Assembly (NCBI GenBank): GCA_951406725.2
Contig: OX597823.1
Location: 108,066,001 to 108,130,000, forward strand
Length of the DNA stretch: 64,000 bases
DNA from: Octopus vulgaris
Taxonomy: Eukaryota
Direction of reading: 5' to 3'
Positions 25,400 through 37,168 of the stretch are shown here, in pieces. The notes below the pieces were generated by a model. The model did no database searches, was not told where the DNA came from, and saw only the letters and a program-made list of their open reading frames with translations. How positions within the stretch are numbered: position 1 is the stretch's first letter; each line of letters starts with the position of its first letter. The position numbers were made by a program, and so were the translations under genes.

Positions 25400-25924
25400 T
25401 GACACATGCATAGGTAACCATAAAATAATAACTGATATTGAGTTCATTCACATGTTTCAGTATAAAGAATACTAACGGGCCATATTCCCCAAAATCTCCC
25501 CCAAATGCATGAACAATAAGCTCGATATTGTTGTCTGGGATTAAACCAAAGGTAACGTTCGACTGTAGACAGTTGCCCAACGGATGTGAACATTTCATTG
25601 CAAATCAATAAACAAAAACAGCTTCAGTTCTTGTAAACCTGCAATATGCCTTCTCAAATTATAATTGCTAGTTTACAGGTAAACACTGTTGTACTTGAGT
25701 TACCAAATATCAAAGCAATAATATAGAATAAATAATATTAACCATTTAATTAATGCCATTCTTTCCTCACCGCATAGATATTTCTCACTGAATTTTCATT
25801 GTTCATTACATTAAATGTGAAAGTGCGTATCCTTTAGGTGATTATCGCGGTTCTTGCACAAGGTATTTCATTATACCGAGTCGACTGAAATTGAGCATCA
25901 GTGATAGAAGGAGGGAATAACCAT

Positions 25925-26040
25925 TAAATGGACTGGCGCCCTGTTCATGGGGAAGGGTAAGTCTCGTAGTTCCAGTTGCTTCAACGCCACAGAAACCGGG
26001 ATATGCACGAGCCAAATGGACCAGTAGCCCCCGCTTATAG
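25925..26040 (+). mobile_element. Old SINE 3' fragment
   Basis: ggactggcgccctgttcatgggg...gttgcttcaacgccacagaaaccggga resembles a widespread invertebrate SINE 3' domain (recognised from memory). Single copy in this window. Confidence 0.45.
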
Positions 26041-27093
26041 GCTATATTTTCACACCCACTCATGTACAATAATGCATATCTATTTAGTGGTGCACTCAAT
26101 ACTACGTCAGTAAGTACAGCTAAGTCTACAGATCGCTATGAAGGATAAATAACGCCAAAATATTCCATACTTGATTCCATACTTGATTAAGTGCTTACTA
26201 TAATACTGTCAAGTACCATAGTACCTTTTACCCAAAACATAGGAATTTTTACTTGATGCTGACTTCAATAATCTTGACTAGTTGGGGATTTTTAGCAAAG
26301 CAGAAAAAGGTTATTTTGAAGCATTCTGTAAATGCCGTGTGTAAGCAGAACAAAGAAAATTCTAAGAGATTTTTCTAAAATGTAGCATGAAACTCTAGAC
26401 TGTTGTTGAAGCCTGTACAATGATGGAGCTTTGTTTCTTTGTTAGCGACCGAAGCTCTTTTTGTACGAAGAATTCAAAGAATTTAAAACACAGATACTTA
26501 TATGGAAGCACGTGTACATACGTACGTACCTGCATACATACACACATATATAATGTATATGTGTGTATGTATGCATGTATGTTTGTGTGTGCATATATAT
26601 AAATCAATATATATGCACAGACATATTTATACATCCACTGCTATACTATTTCTACATTGTCATACATACATGCTTACACATATATGAATAGAATGATAAT
26701 ACATACACACACATACATACAAACATACATACATACATACATACATACATACATACATACATACATACATACATACATACATACATACACATACATGCAA
26801 ACATACATACATACATATATTCTTATAGACGCATGCATGTTCATACGACCTAGGGAGAATTCCTATACATTGTTGCCCGACCAGCTACGAATAACACGAA
26901 GATCTTAAATCCCACCGCCATCTTTCTATAAATATAGAAGGACAAATTGGATAATATACTATATAAACTGTCTCAGAAGGGAAAGGTGAAGGTTAGGATG
27001 ATTTTGAATAAAAAAAACTGATCAATCAGGTTTGACCTAGGGTTAAACAGTAGCAGCATGAACAACAAAATACCTACGTATATAAATATGTGT

Positions 27094-27381
27094 GGAGGCG
27101 CAATGGCCTAGTGGTTAGGGCAGCGGACTCGCGGTCGTATGATCGCGGTTTCGATTCCCAGACCGGGTGTTGTGAGTGTTTATTGAGCGAAAACACCTAA
27201 AAGCTCCACGATGCTCCGGCAGGGGGAGGAGATCCCTGCTGTACTCTTTCACCACTCTTTCTTCTGTTGGCCTACTCGCTTAGCCAGCGGGGTGGCGTCA
27301 TTCGAAGGCTAAAAACAATGCGAACGCATTGTGACCAGCGATGTGTAACTACATTTGATGGACTGGTCGGTCACGTGATAT
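27094..27381 (+). mobile_element. tRNA-derived SINE family C (copy 1)
   Basis: A-box tggcctagtgg and B-box ggtttcgattcc. Homologous to 59933-60245. Confidence 0.9.
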
Positions 27382-27758
27382 AATGGCGTGATATAAATAT
27401 GTACATGCATAATGTAATAATACGTACGAAGAAATCCATACGTTCATGTACGCATAGTGTAGGTTAACACTGATCACAGCATAGGTAAGACTTGTGATTG
27501 AAGGTCTTCCATCTCCCACTAAACCATTTACTGCATTTTTCCGAATTTAAAATAGTTGTGGTTTGGGGGTAGATTTGGTTTGTATTTCTAGCCAGTCGTG
27601 AGACCACGTAGCGGCTCCTCTCGTTGGTAAATAATGCATCTAACTGGTCAATATATACCGTGGGACATATTGTCTTTGAACGAGCATTTAGAATTGTATA
27701 TATACACATATATACCCATATCCAGTCCCTTATCTGTCTTTCTGTCTGTCTCTGCCTG

Positions 27759-27789
<31 letters not shown>

Positions 27790-28298
27790 TACACACACAT
27801 ATTTACATGTATAATATACATAAATATATTTACATATATGTGTGTGTGTGTGTATGTGTGTGTGTGTGTGTATGTATGTGTGTATTATAGTAAAGCACTC
27901 CTTGTATATTTGTATGTATGTGTATAGTGCATTCACACACATAAAGTTGAATACGTTTCTATTGTCATATTCTTGCATCTAGCATTTAGACTTAGTTTGG
28001 AACAATAGCTTCTCTATGTCCGTTAGCATTTCAGCAATTTACTCTCATGTTCTAACTGAAATCGTGGCAGTGGAGCGTTGTTGCCACGTTTTGCTGTGAG
28101 CTGCGAGGAATTATGGAATAAAAATCATCAACTCTGTATTTAAAATTGTTTAACCTTCTATTCCTGGTCACTTTCATATTTTATTTCTGTATCAGTGCCA
28201 TATTTGAGAGCTGGTTTATAGTTTGTATGTTATTAACGAAGCTTTCTCAATTAATCTCCTATAGAATGTCATATTAATTAATATTCTCCCAACTTAAC

Positions 28299-28704
28299 GC
28301 GATGAGCTGGCAGAAACGTTAGCACGCCGGGCGAAATGCTTAGCGGTATTTCGTCTGCTGCTACGTTCTGAGTTCAAATTCTGCCGAGGTCGACTTTGCT
28401 TTTCATCCCTTCAGAGTCGATAAATTAAGTACCAGTTACGCACTGGGGTCGATGTAATTGACTTAATCCGTTTGTCTGTCCTTGTTTGTCCCCTCTGTGT
28501 TTAGCCCCTTGTGGGCAATAAGGAAATAAGAATCGTTAGCACACTGGGCAAAAAGCTTAGCGGCATCTCGCCTGTTCTTCACCTTCCGAGTTCAACTTCC
28601 ACCGGGGTTGCCTTTGGCTTTCATCTCTTCAGGGTCGAGGAAATAACTACTAGTTGATCTCCAGGGTCGACGTAATCGGCGTTCCCTCTTACTGGCCTTG
28701 TGTC
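28299..28704 (+). mobile_element. SINE A dimer (young copy followed by an older copy)
   Basis: A full unit ending aaggaaata is joined to a diverged unit starting agaatcgttagc and ending ggccttgtg. Confidence 0.88.
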
Positions 28705-29167
28705 AATGACAGTGCATGGTCAACTGACAATGTCCTTGACAATGCATGGTCAACTGACGAGAAAATATGGTAAACGTTCAACAATTAACAATTTATATAT
28801 TTACATAGAAATTTGTGTATGACATTGGTTGCCTTAACGACGTTCCTTGGTTTGTAGCTTCATTAAGTTCTTAATTTTGGGGTTTTTGTAATATATTCTC
28901 AGTTTGTAATTAGATGTGATACACGTTGTGTTCTGCTTTTATGAGTTTCTTTTTTAAATGGCGGACTCATCCATTGTAGAACTAAGATGCAGGATCTAGG
29001 TTAATAAACTATAGTATGCGTGATTCATGTGTTTTGGTTGGATGATGTACATGTTCGATCTGTACCCATAAAATCGTTCTAGTATTGTCCAGCAGCCTGT
29101 TCTACTAACGTGTTCAAGTAAAAATTATTACACACACACACACACACACACACATTTGATATACATA

Positions 29168-29583
29168 GGCGCAGGAGTGGCTGTGTGGTAAGTAGCTTGC
29201 TTACCAACCACATGGTTCTGGGTTCAGTCCCACTGCGTAGCAGCTTGGGCAAGTGTCTTCTACTGTAGCCTCGGGCCGACCAATGCCTTGTGAGTGGATT
29301 TGGTTGACAGAAACTGAAGCCCGTTGTATATAGGATATAGGTATATATATGTGTGTTTGTATGTGTGTGTTTGTATGTCTGTGTTTGCCCCCCCCCCCAA
29401 CATTTCTTGACAACCGATGCTGGTGTGTTTACGTCCCCGTAACTTAGCGGTTCAGCAAAAGAGACCGATAGAATAAGTACTAGACTTACAAAGAATAAGT
29501 CCTGGGGGCGATTTGCTTGACTAAAGGCGGTGCTCCAGCATGGCCACAGTCAAATGACTGAAACAAGTAAAAGAGTAAAAGAG
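29168..29583 (+). mobile_element. tRNA-derived SINE family B
   Basis: Head ggcgcaggagtggctgtgtggtaag...gggttcagtcccac, internal TA/TG tract, tail gactgaaacaagtaaaagag, possible TSD tatacat. Confidence 0.9.
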
Positions 29584-30039
29584 TATACATGTATGAATGA
29601 GTTTACTTATATATGAATTATACACAGACACACACATATACATGGGTATATTTACATATATATATATATGAATGAATATATATAAATAATACACACACTC
29701 ACACATATACACATGCGCGCGCACACACATATACATACTTACATACATGCATACATACATATATAATAAGAGAAAAGAATATGGACATAATTTGGTAATC
29801 CTTTAATCCAGTTGTTACGTAGGTTTCAGTATTCGGCAACAAATGGCATCACACTACAGAAGCAACCAATGGCTGCAGCTTATAGGGCAAGAATGAGCGA
29901 ACACATCGTCTGATAATCGATAACGATACACACACACACACGTGTACATATACACACACAAGCACACACACACATGTACATATATACACACAAGCACGCA
30001 CACACACACACACTTACATACATGCATACATACATATAT

Positions 30040-30263
30040 AATATGTGTGTATGTGTGTGTGTTTGTGTATCTGCGTTTGTCCCCCTCCCCCCAACATTGC
30101 TTGACAACCGATGCTGGTGTGTTTACGTCCCCGTAATCTAGCGGTTCGGCAAAAGAGACAGATAGAATAAGTACTAGACTTACAAAGAATAAGTCCCGGG
30201 GTCGATTTGCTCGACTAAAGGCGGTGCTCCAGCATGGCCACAGTCAAATGACTGAAACAAGTA
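30040..30263 (+). mobile_element. SINE B, 3' half
   Basis: Nearly identical to 29345-29570. Confidence 0.88.
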
Positions 30264-30295
30264 GTTAAGTGATGTAGTTAAGTTTCAAATTTTAT

Positions 30296-30492
30296 TTGGC
30301 AGATTCACCAGAATGCCGGATAAAATCCATTGCGGTGTTTGTTCCGGCACTCAGAGTTCTGATTTCAAAACTCATTGATCTCAACTTTACCATTTTGCTT
30401 TCGAACCGGAAGGGACCATTCAAGTACTAACGGTCGGTTCTTGCCCCCTATCTCTCCTTCCTTCAGAATCGACTAAGTTGTGCTCTTAGAAG
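30296..30492 (+). mobile_element. SINE A, highly diverged copy
   Basis: Weak collinear match to the head, B-box and core. Confidence 0.5.
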
Positions 30493-30909
30493 CACAGCAC
30501 TGCATGTGATAACTCAGTTTCCCTTCTCTGGCAGTGACCGAGAGGCTAATAACCTTTTCCCCAGTAAAACTAATATGCGAAAGATAACACCCAACACGAA
30601 TCATAATTAAAGAATGATTATGTTTAGGAATAAATTTCTTTTCAGTACCAGCCCTGTACTGTACTGCAAATATGAACCGAAGTTAAGAACATGGTCACTC
30701 CATCCTGCCGGGTATAAATTTTACCTTTTAGGAAGAGGAACGGAACTTTGGTCATGCAGTGCAATAAAAACTTTCCAGAAATATTTCTTGGCCTATTCGG
30801 TTCCATTATCATTCTCTTCGTTTAGAAGACGCGGCTGAAAAGGTATTGAAATATTAATGGTTTTAGAAACGACATTGTCCCAAATTAAGCATTGAAAACA
30901 CTAAGGTAC

Positions 30910-31205
<296 letters not shown>

Positions 31206-31564
31206 TAAATTTAAGAAAAAGATTAAACGTGAACACAATGGTATTATTATTCGATGTGAGTGTGTGTGTACACACATACGTAGATACGTACGTGTGTTTA
31301 TACATATATGCATACACTAATACAAATATATAAGAATACATATGCGCAGCTCCCATACACACGCGCACACACACACACGTATGTATACGTGTATATACAC
31401 ATTTAGGAGCAGATCAATCCAGTGTATCGATCTATCCAGTTTCCCAGGTGAAAATTCACTTTAAAGTTGCACATGCTCTATAGATTTTGGTTTTATTTAG
31501 GCTTTAATGATAAATGACAATAATAAACAACAATAAAAAGAAAAAAGAATGAAATATGAAAAAC

Positions 31565-32310
31565 CCACCACCACCACCATCACCACCACCACCACCAATC
31601 CCAATAACAACAACAACAACAACAACAACAGCTGTATCAACAACAATAGAATAAAAGGCAAGATCAACTTTAACAGTAATGGCAGCAACCACTGCTATCG
31701 CCACCGCCACCGCTGCAGCCAGTACCCACCACCACCACCACCTCCACCACCAACACCACCATCACCACCACCACCAGAACAACAACAACAACCACAAGAA
31801 TAAAAACAACCATAATGACAAAAATGAGAGCAACAACTATATAGTGTGTCATCATTATCATCCTCCCCTTGCTCCTCCTCCTCCTCCTCCTCCTCCTCAT
31901 CATCATCATCATCATCATTAGTAGTAACATCAGCAGCAGCACTAGTAGCAGTTAGTAGTAGGAGTAGAGGGGATGATAGTTGTGGTTGTTGTTATAGTAG
32001 AGGTGGTGTTGGTGATAAGAATAGTTGTAGTACTAGCGGTGGCGATTAGTTATAGTGGTGGGGAAAGTAGATGTAGTAGTATGGGTGGTGGTGGTGGTGG
32101 TGGTGGTGGTGTTAGTGATTGTGCTGGTGGAGCTAATTGTAGTAACAGTACAAGTAGTAGTAGTAGTAGTAGTTGTTGTTGTTGTTGTACTAGTAGTTGT
32201 AGTAGTCGTAGTAAAACTAGTAGTAGTAGTAGTGGTGGTGGTGGTGGTCGTGCTAGTAGTCGTAGTAAAACTAGTAGCAGTAGTAGTAGTGGCAGCAGCA
32301 GCAGCAGAAG
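31565..32310. repeat. Mixed triplet low-complexity region (CAC/CAA/CCT/CAT, then GTA/GGT/GTT)
   Basis: Direct reading; the strand polarity flips near 31920. Confidence 0.9.
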
Positions 32311-32761
32311 AATAACCTCATCAACAGCAGTCACCTGCCACAACATGAACACCAAAATCAACCGCTGGAGTCTTCGGTCACTCGGTTTCCTCGTTTGCTC
32401 GTTCTACCAGAAATGGTGTAAAGTGGAACCAAGCGGAGGAGGGGGAAAAAACCTATCTCCTTGTACCCCCCCCCACCGCCCGACCACACTAACTCTTACC
32501 AATGCCATCTATTTTTAATTAATCTTAATTTAAACTTCGGAGATTATTTCCCACTACGTTTGTTAGTCATTAACATAATAATCCGTTCTTCTCACAATTA
32601 ATGTAATTTTTAATTAATTAAAATATTTTTCTTTCTAATATCAATTTCGTTAGTAGTAACTCCATGAGCGTTATCCTCTCAGGGACAGTTGGTATCGTAT
32701 ACACTGAGCATGCATCACAGAGAGAACCAGTGGCAATGGCGACTCGTCCATAGGCACAGAG

Positions 32762-33302
32762 GAACGCGAATTTTTTTTTCCTACTATAGTTCCGGACCCC
32801 AGTAATGACCTCATTTGTATACAGCCAATCAGATCTCACCATTACCATGTCAAATTAACAAACATACTCTACCAAATAAACTCAAGACAAAGAACGCTGT
32901 TGTGTCGACTGATCGCCAAATTATGCTTGATTTTAGAAGGAGACAAGTGATTGGATAGATTTGCATCTATACCTGTTATCGGATTTTGGTAGGGGCCCAT
33001 AAGGTAAAGATGTAGTGGGGAAAATGTGGGTAGAGTGTGATGTGCTGGCAACCCTCTCTCCTTACTGTTTTACAAAGTAAACAACAACACAAATAACTAC
33101 ACAGAGGCAGTCATGGTTGAAACAAGAACATCAACAAGCATTCTTAAAAGAGAAAAGAAGCATGGTCATTCCTTACCCAAGTGACCTTATCTTATCGCCC
33201 ATCACTTACGCGCTCATAAATTAGTTTGGTAGTTGAGCTTTGATTGGCTGTATGCAAATGAGTTCATAACTGGGGTCCGGAACTCGCGTGGGAAAAATTT
33301 CG
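32762..33302. mobile_element. Long-TIR MITE (copy 2)
   Basis: Collinear with 9964-10457 over its whole length, with the same TIRs. Confidence 0.85.
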
Positions 33303-33929
33303 TCAGCGGAACTGCAGTACCCCTATTTCCGCTCGATGAGACCTTTTTTTCTATAATTCTTTCTTTATACTCGTACATTATATAATATTTAAGCTTAATG
33401 TCAGTAGCCATAAATGAAAAGAATACAAAAAATCCTTGAATAGAATTGTGCGCTCCACATTTCCAGCGACGCGGTGTTTGGCTGCTGTACGCATGCTCAC
33501 ATGTCCCAGATATGAAGCTGCTGCTTCCTAGGGAGAGACAGCACTGTCGTTCCCGCAGTGCCCACTCTTGTGTGCTGGTGAAATGTAGTGTTTCTTTTTG
33601 ATTTCGCGTGTATTGTGCTTAAAAACGTGTTTGTATTCTTGAATGTGATAAAGTTTAGAATTAGATTATTATCCTGCTTCCAGCTACAGTGTTGCTGCCA
33701 GGATTTGAAAAATAGGCTAGACCACCCCCACACCACCACCACCACCACCTTATTTTGTGATTTAGGTTTTTTAAAAAAAAAACAAGGGGGAATTCGCGGT
33801 GGTGTTCAGTGAACAAATTAAAGACACTACCCGGCAGTGGCTAAAACGTGAACCGATCAAGTTTATCTATAAATTTTCTTTTTATATGTTTGTTTCCTTT
33901 TACACAATATCAAAACAACGGCTAAAATT

Positions 33930-35020
33930 TTCTGAGAACCATTCTATTAGAGACGATTGATTGCTCCATCATAGAGCCAAAGCTTCAAGTTTTTGATTAC
34001 TAGCATGCGATCAGCAATGTAAACTGCGAAAGTTTTAAGCATGTTTGTCAAGTAATGATCTCCTTGAAAGTAACCAAGAATGGCAAATGTTCATGAGTGG
34101 GACAACAACGGTTCAGTTTGCTGAACAGTTAAGAAATGTGCTCGTTACAATTCATGTCCACTCTCCGTCTGAGTATCTAAATTTATACATGCAACACGAC
34201 ATTCTAGTTGAAGATTTTATACATTGCAAATGAGAAACAATAACTACTGATATGAAGCAGGGACGAGCTTTAATGATATGATGAGGACAGTAGATGATCA
34301 ATTGATTCAATATAAGTGTTCAAAAGTTTATTATGGTTTTGCTAGCTGCAGCCTATCAGCAACAGAATGAGCCCGTTAATTTAGATAAAATTCGTCGTTC
34401 AGTTGAAGATGATTATATCCATTCATCTATCCGTTCAGTCGAAGTTGACTCTCGGTTACACGATGGATCAGTGTTCACCAGCCAGTTCTATCCTGGGCTG
34501 CTTCTTTCAGACTGGCTATGGCCATTCCCGTGTCACTCTTGATGGTGACAAGCCAGTAGGTCGGCCTCTTCCTCTCTTGCCACTGACCTTTCCGAGCATG
34601 ATGTCCTTCTCCAGGGATTTTCTCCGCGTAATATGACCAAAATATGCCAGTCTAGGCTTGGTGATCCTAGCTTCTAGCGACAGTTTCGACTTGATCTCCA
34701 TTGGTGAGCCTCGCTGTCCATGGAATCCGTAAAAGTCTTCTCCGACTCCAAAGCTCGATTATAATGATCACATAAATATGCTCAATAACGAATACAGGAT
34801 TGTTTGGAGTAAAAAATGTTTAAACTCCAGCAATGAAGGTCGCCTGATATTTATTGATGCTCCAGGAGGAACAGGCAAAACTTTCTTGCTAAATTTGCTA
34901 TTGTCTTATGTTAAATTAAAAAAGTGGTGGGGAGGTGAGTGAATTGCATTTGCTACATTTTCATCAGCTTTTGCAGCTATGTTATTGAAACTCAAACGCG
35001 CTGCCCATTCTGGTAAAATT
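33930..35020 (+). pseudogene. Helitron RepHel fossil (Rep-helicase linker and Pif1-type helicase motif I)
   Basis: LLESNQEW..M...QLRNVLVTI..HSPS....LVEDF (ORF 34045-34233). From ~34838 the frame reads GRLIFIDAPGGTGKTFLLNLLLSYV...IAFATFSSAFAAMLL...AAHS, matching the Helitron consensus FLDGPGGTGKTFL / IALAVASSGIAATLL..GRTAHS. Confidence 0.85.
34418..34756 (-). mobile_element. RTE-clade LINE 3' fragment with 7-bp TSD, inserted in the Helitron fossil
   Basis: SLEARITKPRLAYFGHITRRKSLEKDIMLGKVSGKRGRGRP matches the RTE/BovB-type C-terminus. TSD gattata lies at 34411-34417 and 34757-34763, with a short GGAT-like tail. Confidence 0.9.
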
Positions 35021-35807
35021 TACGTTAACCTGTCTTGAATCTTTAAATCGCACGTCCTTCAAGATGTAACAGATAATGAGCAGCTTCTTGAAGGGAAATT
35101 TCAAGACTTCGGCAAAGAAAAATGGAACATCTTGAAAATAACTGCGTATGAGACAGCTCAATTCAAAATATAAACAATAAACCATAAAACACATTTTCAT
35201 TTTTCAATGTGAAACAAAACTGACAGTAAGGTGGGAAGTAATGTTTATTTTCGTATACTTTCTCTTTATTTATATTTGTAAAGTCCGCCCCTACGTTTTT
35301 TAACCTTCGATCAGATCCTCTCTGTGACACAATGAACAGTTCGAAATGTTATTTCCGATCTCATAAACCACGTCGATTATCATTTTAGCAAATTTAAAGT
35401 GATTTCTTTTGTGTCGTAAACTATTTACCATTTCTGTGGCGCACCCACGCTTCTTTGGATACCCTAAGCACGTGCTTAATGGTTAACCCATCGCTGTGAC
35501 GCTGGGAAAGTAATAATGATTCCAGCGGATTTCTCTCCGACCGTCTGGTACCAATTTATTGTTTACTTTAAAAAAAGATTTTCATTTTCTACAAAACCTG
35601 CTTTTATTATGTAAATAAGTAAGAGTCAAGGACAAAGTTTGAAGAGGTGCAGGATGAATCTTTTGGCTCCATTGTTCTCACACAGACAATAATTATATTA
35701 ATAGAGGTGGGCGATCCGACAATCATGTGAATATTCATAGATCAAAGAAAATCAGACCTTCGACTAGAAATTTTTGTTTATGGAGAAGTTACCTAAATAA
35801 ATGAAAA

Positions 35808-36196
35808 TATTCTTTTCTACTCTAGGCACAAGGCTCGAAATTTTGGGGGAGCGGGCCAGTCGATTAGATCGACCCCAGTACGCTACTGGTACTTAATTGA
35901 TCGACCCCGAAAGGGAAAGTCGACCTCGGCGGAATTTGAACTCAGATAAAGACAGACGAAATACCTATTTCTTTACTACCCACAAGGGGCTAAACACAGA
36001 GGGGACAAGCAAGGACAGACAAACGGATTAAGTTGATTACATCGACCCCAGTGCGTAACTGGTACTTATTTAATCGACCCCGAAAGGATGAAAGGCAAAG
36101 TCGACCTCGGCGGAATTTGAACTCAGAACGTAACGGCAGACGAAATACGGCTACGCATTTCGCCCGGCATGCTAACGTTTCCTCCAGCTCGCTGCC
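35808..36196 (-). mobile_element. SINE A dimer (young unit plus older unit with alternative tail)
   Basis: Junction gacgaaatacctatttctttac at about 35956-35977. Confidence 0.9.
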
Positions 36197-36228
36197 TTTA
36201 TAAATGAAAATATCATAGAATATATATA

Positions 36229-36378
36229 GGCGCAGGAGTGGCTGTGTGGTAAGTAGCTTGTTTACCAAGGTACTTACTTCCAGGTTCAGTCCCACAGCGT
36301 GGCACCTTGGGCAAGTGTCTTCTACTATAAGCCTTGTGAGTGGATTTGGTAGACGGAAACTGGAAGAAGCCCGTCGTA

Positions 36379-36409
<31 letters not shown>

Positions 36410-36640
36410 GCGTGTGTGTGTTTGTGTGTCTGTGTTTGTCCTCCTAGCATTGCTTGACAACCGATGCTGGTGTGTTTATGTTCCCGTTACTTAGCGGTTC
36501 GGCAAAAGAGACCGATAGAATAAGTACTGGGCTTACAAAAGAATAAGTCCCGGGGTTGAGTTGCTCGATTAAAGGCGGTGCTCCAGCATGGCCGCAGTCA
36601 AATGACTGAAACAAGTAAAAGAAAAAAAAAAAAAGAAAGA
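36229..36640 (+). mobile_element. SINE B
   Basis: Full head to tail with an A-rich end. Confidence 0.9.
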
Positions 36641-37154
36641 ATTGAGCTTATAGAATATGAAATTAATTATGTTTTAAATAAACACCTTTAATGAAACGGT
36701 ATTAAAAGATTACTTATTTAGCCATTGCTGTGAAATAACACCGAAATTTCAATAATTTATCCAAATATAGAAGCCTAATTAAACATTTATTTTGCAAAGA
36801 CCCTTCGTATTCAAACTGAATATACATAATAGTAAAGAATGCACTCGTAATACATAAACAATTTAAATTTATAATTTTGATATTTTGCCATCGGCAAAAT
36901 GACGGTAGCGAACTAATAATTATAGCTTCATTTAAACTGGATCTTGAAAACTAATGCAATTACATTAATAATCTTTCATAATTAGTATACTTCACTTTCA
37001 TCTAAAAAAACGACAATACATTTGTCAGTCTGACACGCACGCGCTTGTAACGCGCACGCACACGCACACACATACCCACATACACACACGCAGAGTGGAA
37101 AGCAACTTGTGTTTGAGTACGCCCATTTCTTGGTCTGTTGTAGATTGTTTAGTT

Positions 37155-37168
37155 GTTACCATGGAAAC
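37155..37168. promoter_or_regulatory. RFX X-box-like palindrome
   Basis: GTTACCATGGAAAC matches GTTNCCATGGNAAC. No linked gene is visible. Confidence 0.35.

Noticed and set aside
27094-27170. tRNA-like sequence with A and B boxes
   Set aside because: It is a SINE head. It continues into a shared ~220-bp body and has no proper acceptor stem.
32345-32518. MNTKINRWSLRSLGFLVCSF... as a coding exon
   Set aside because: No recognisable homology or splice context.
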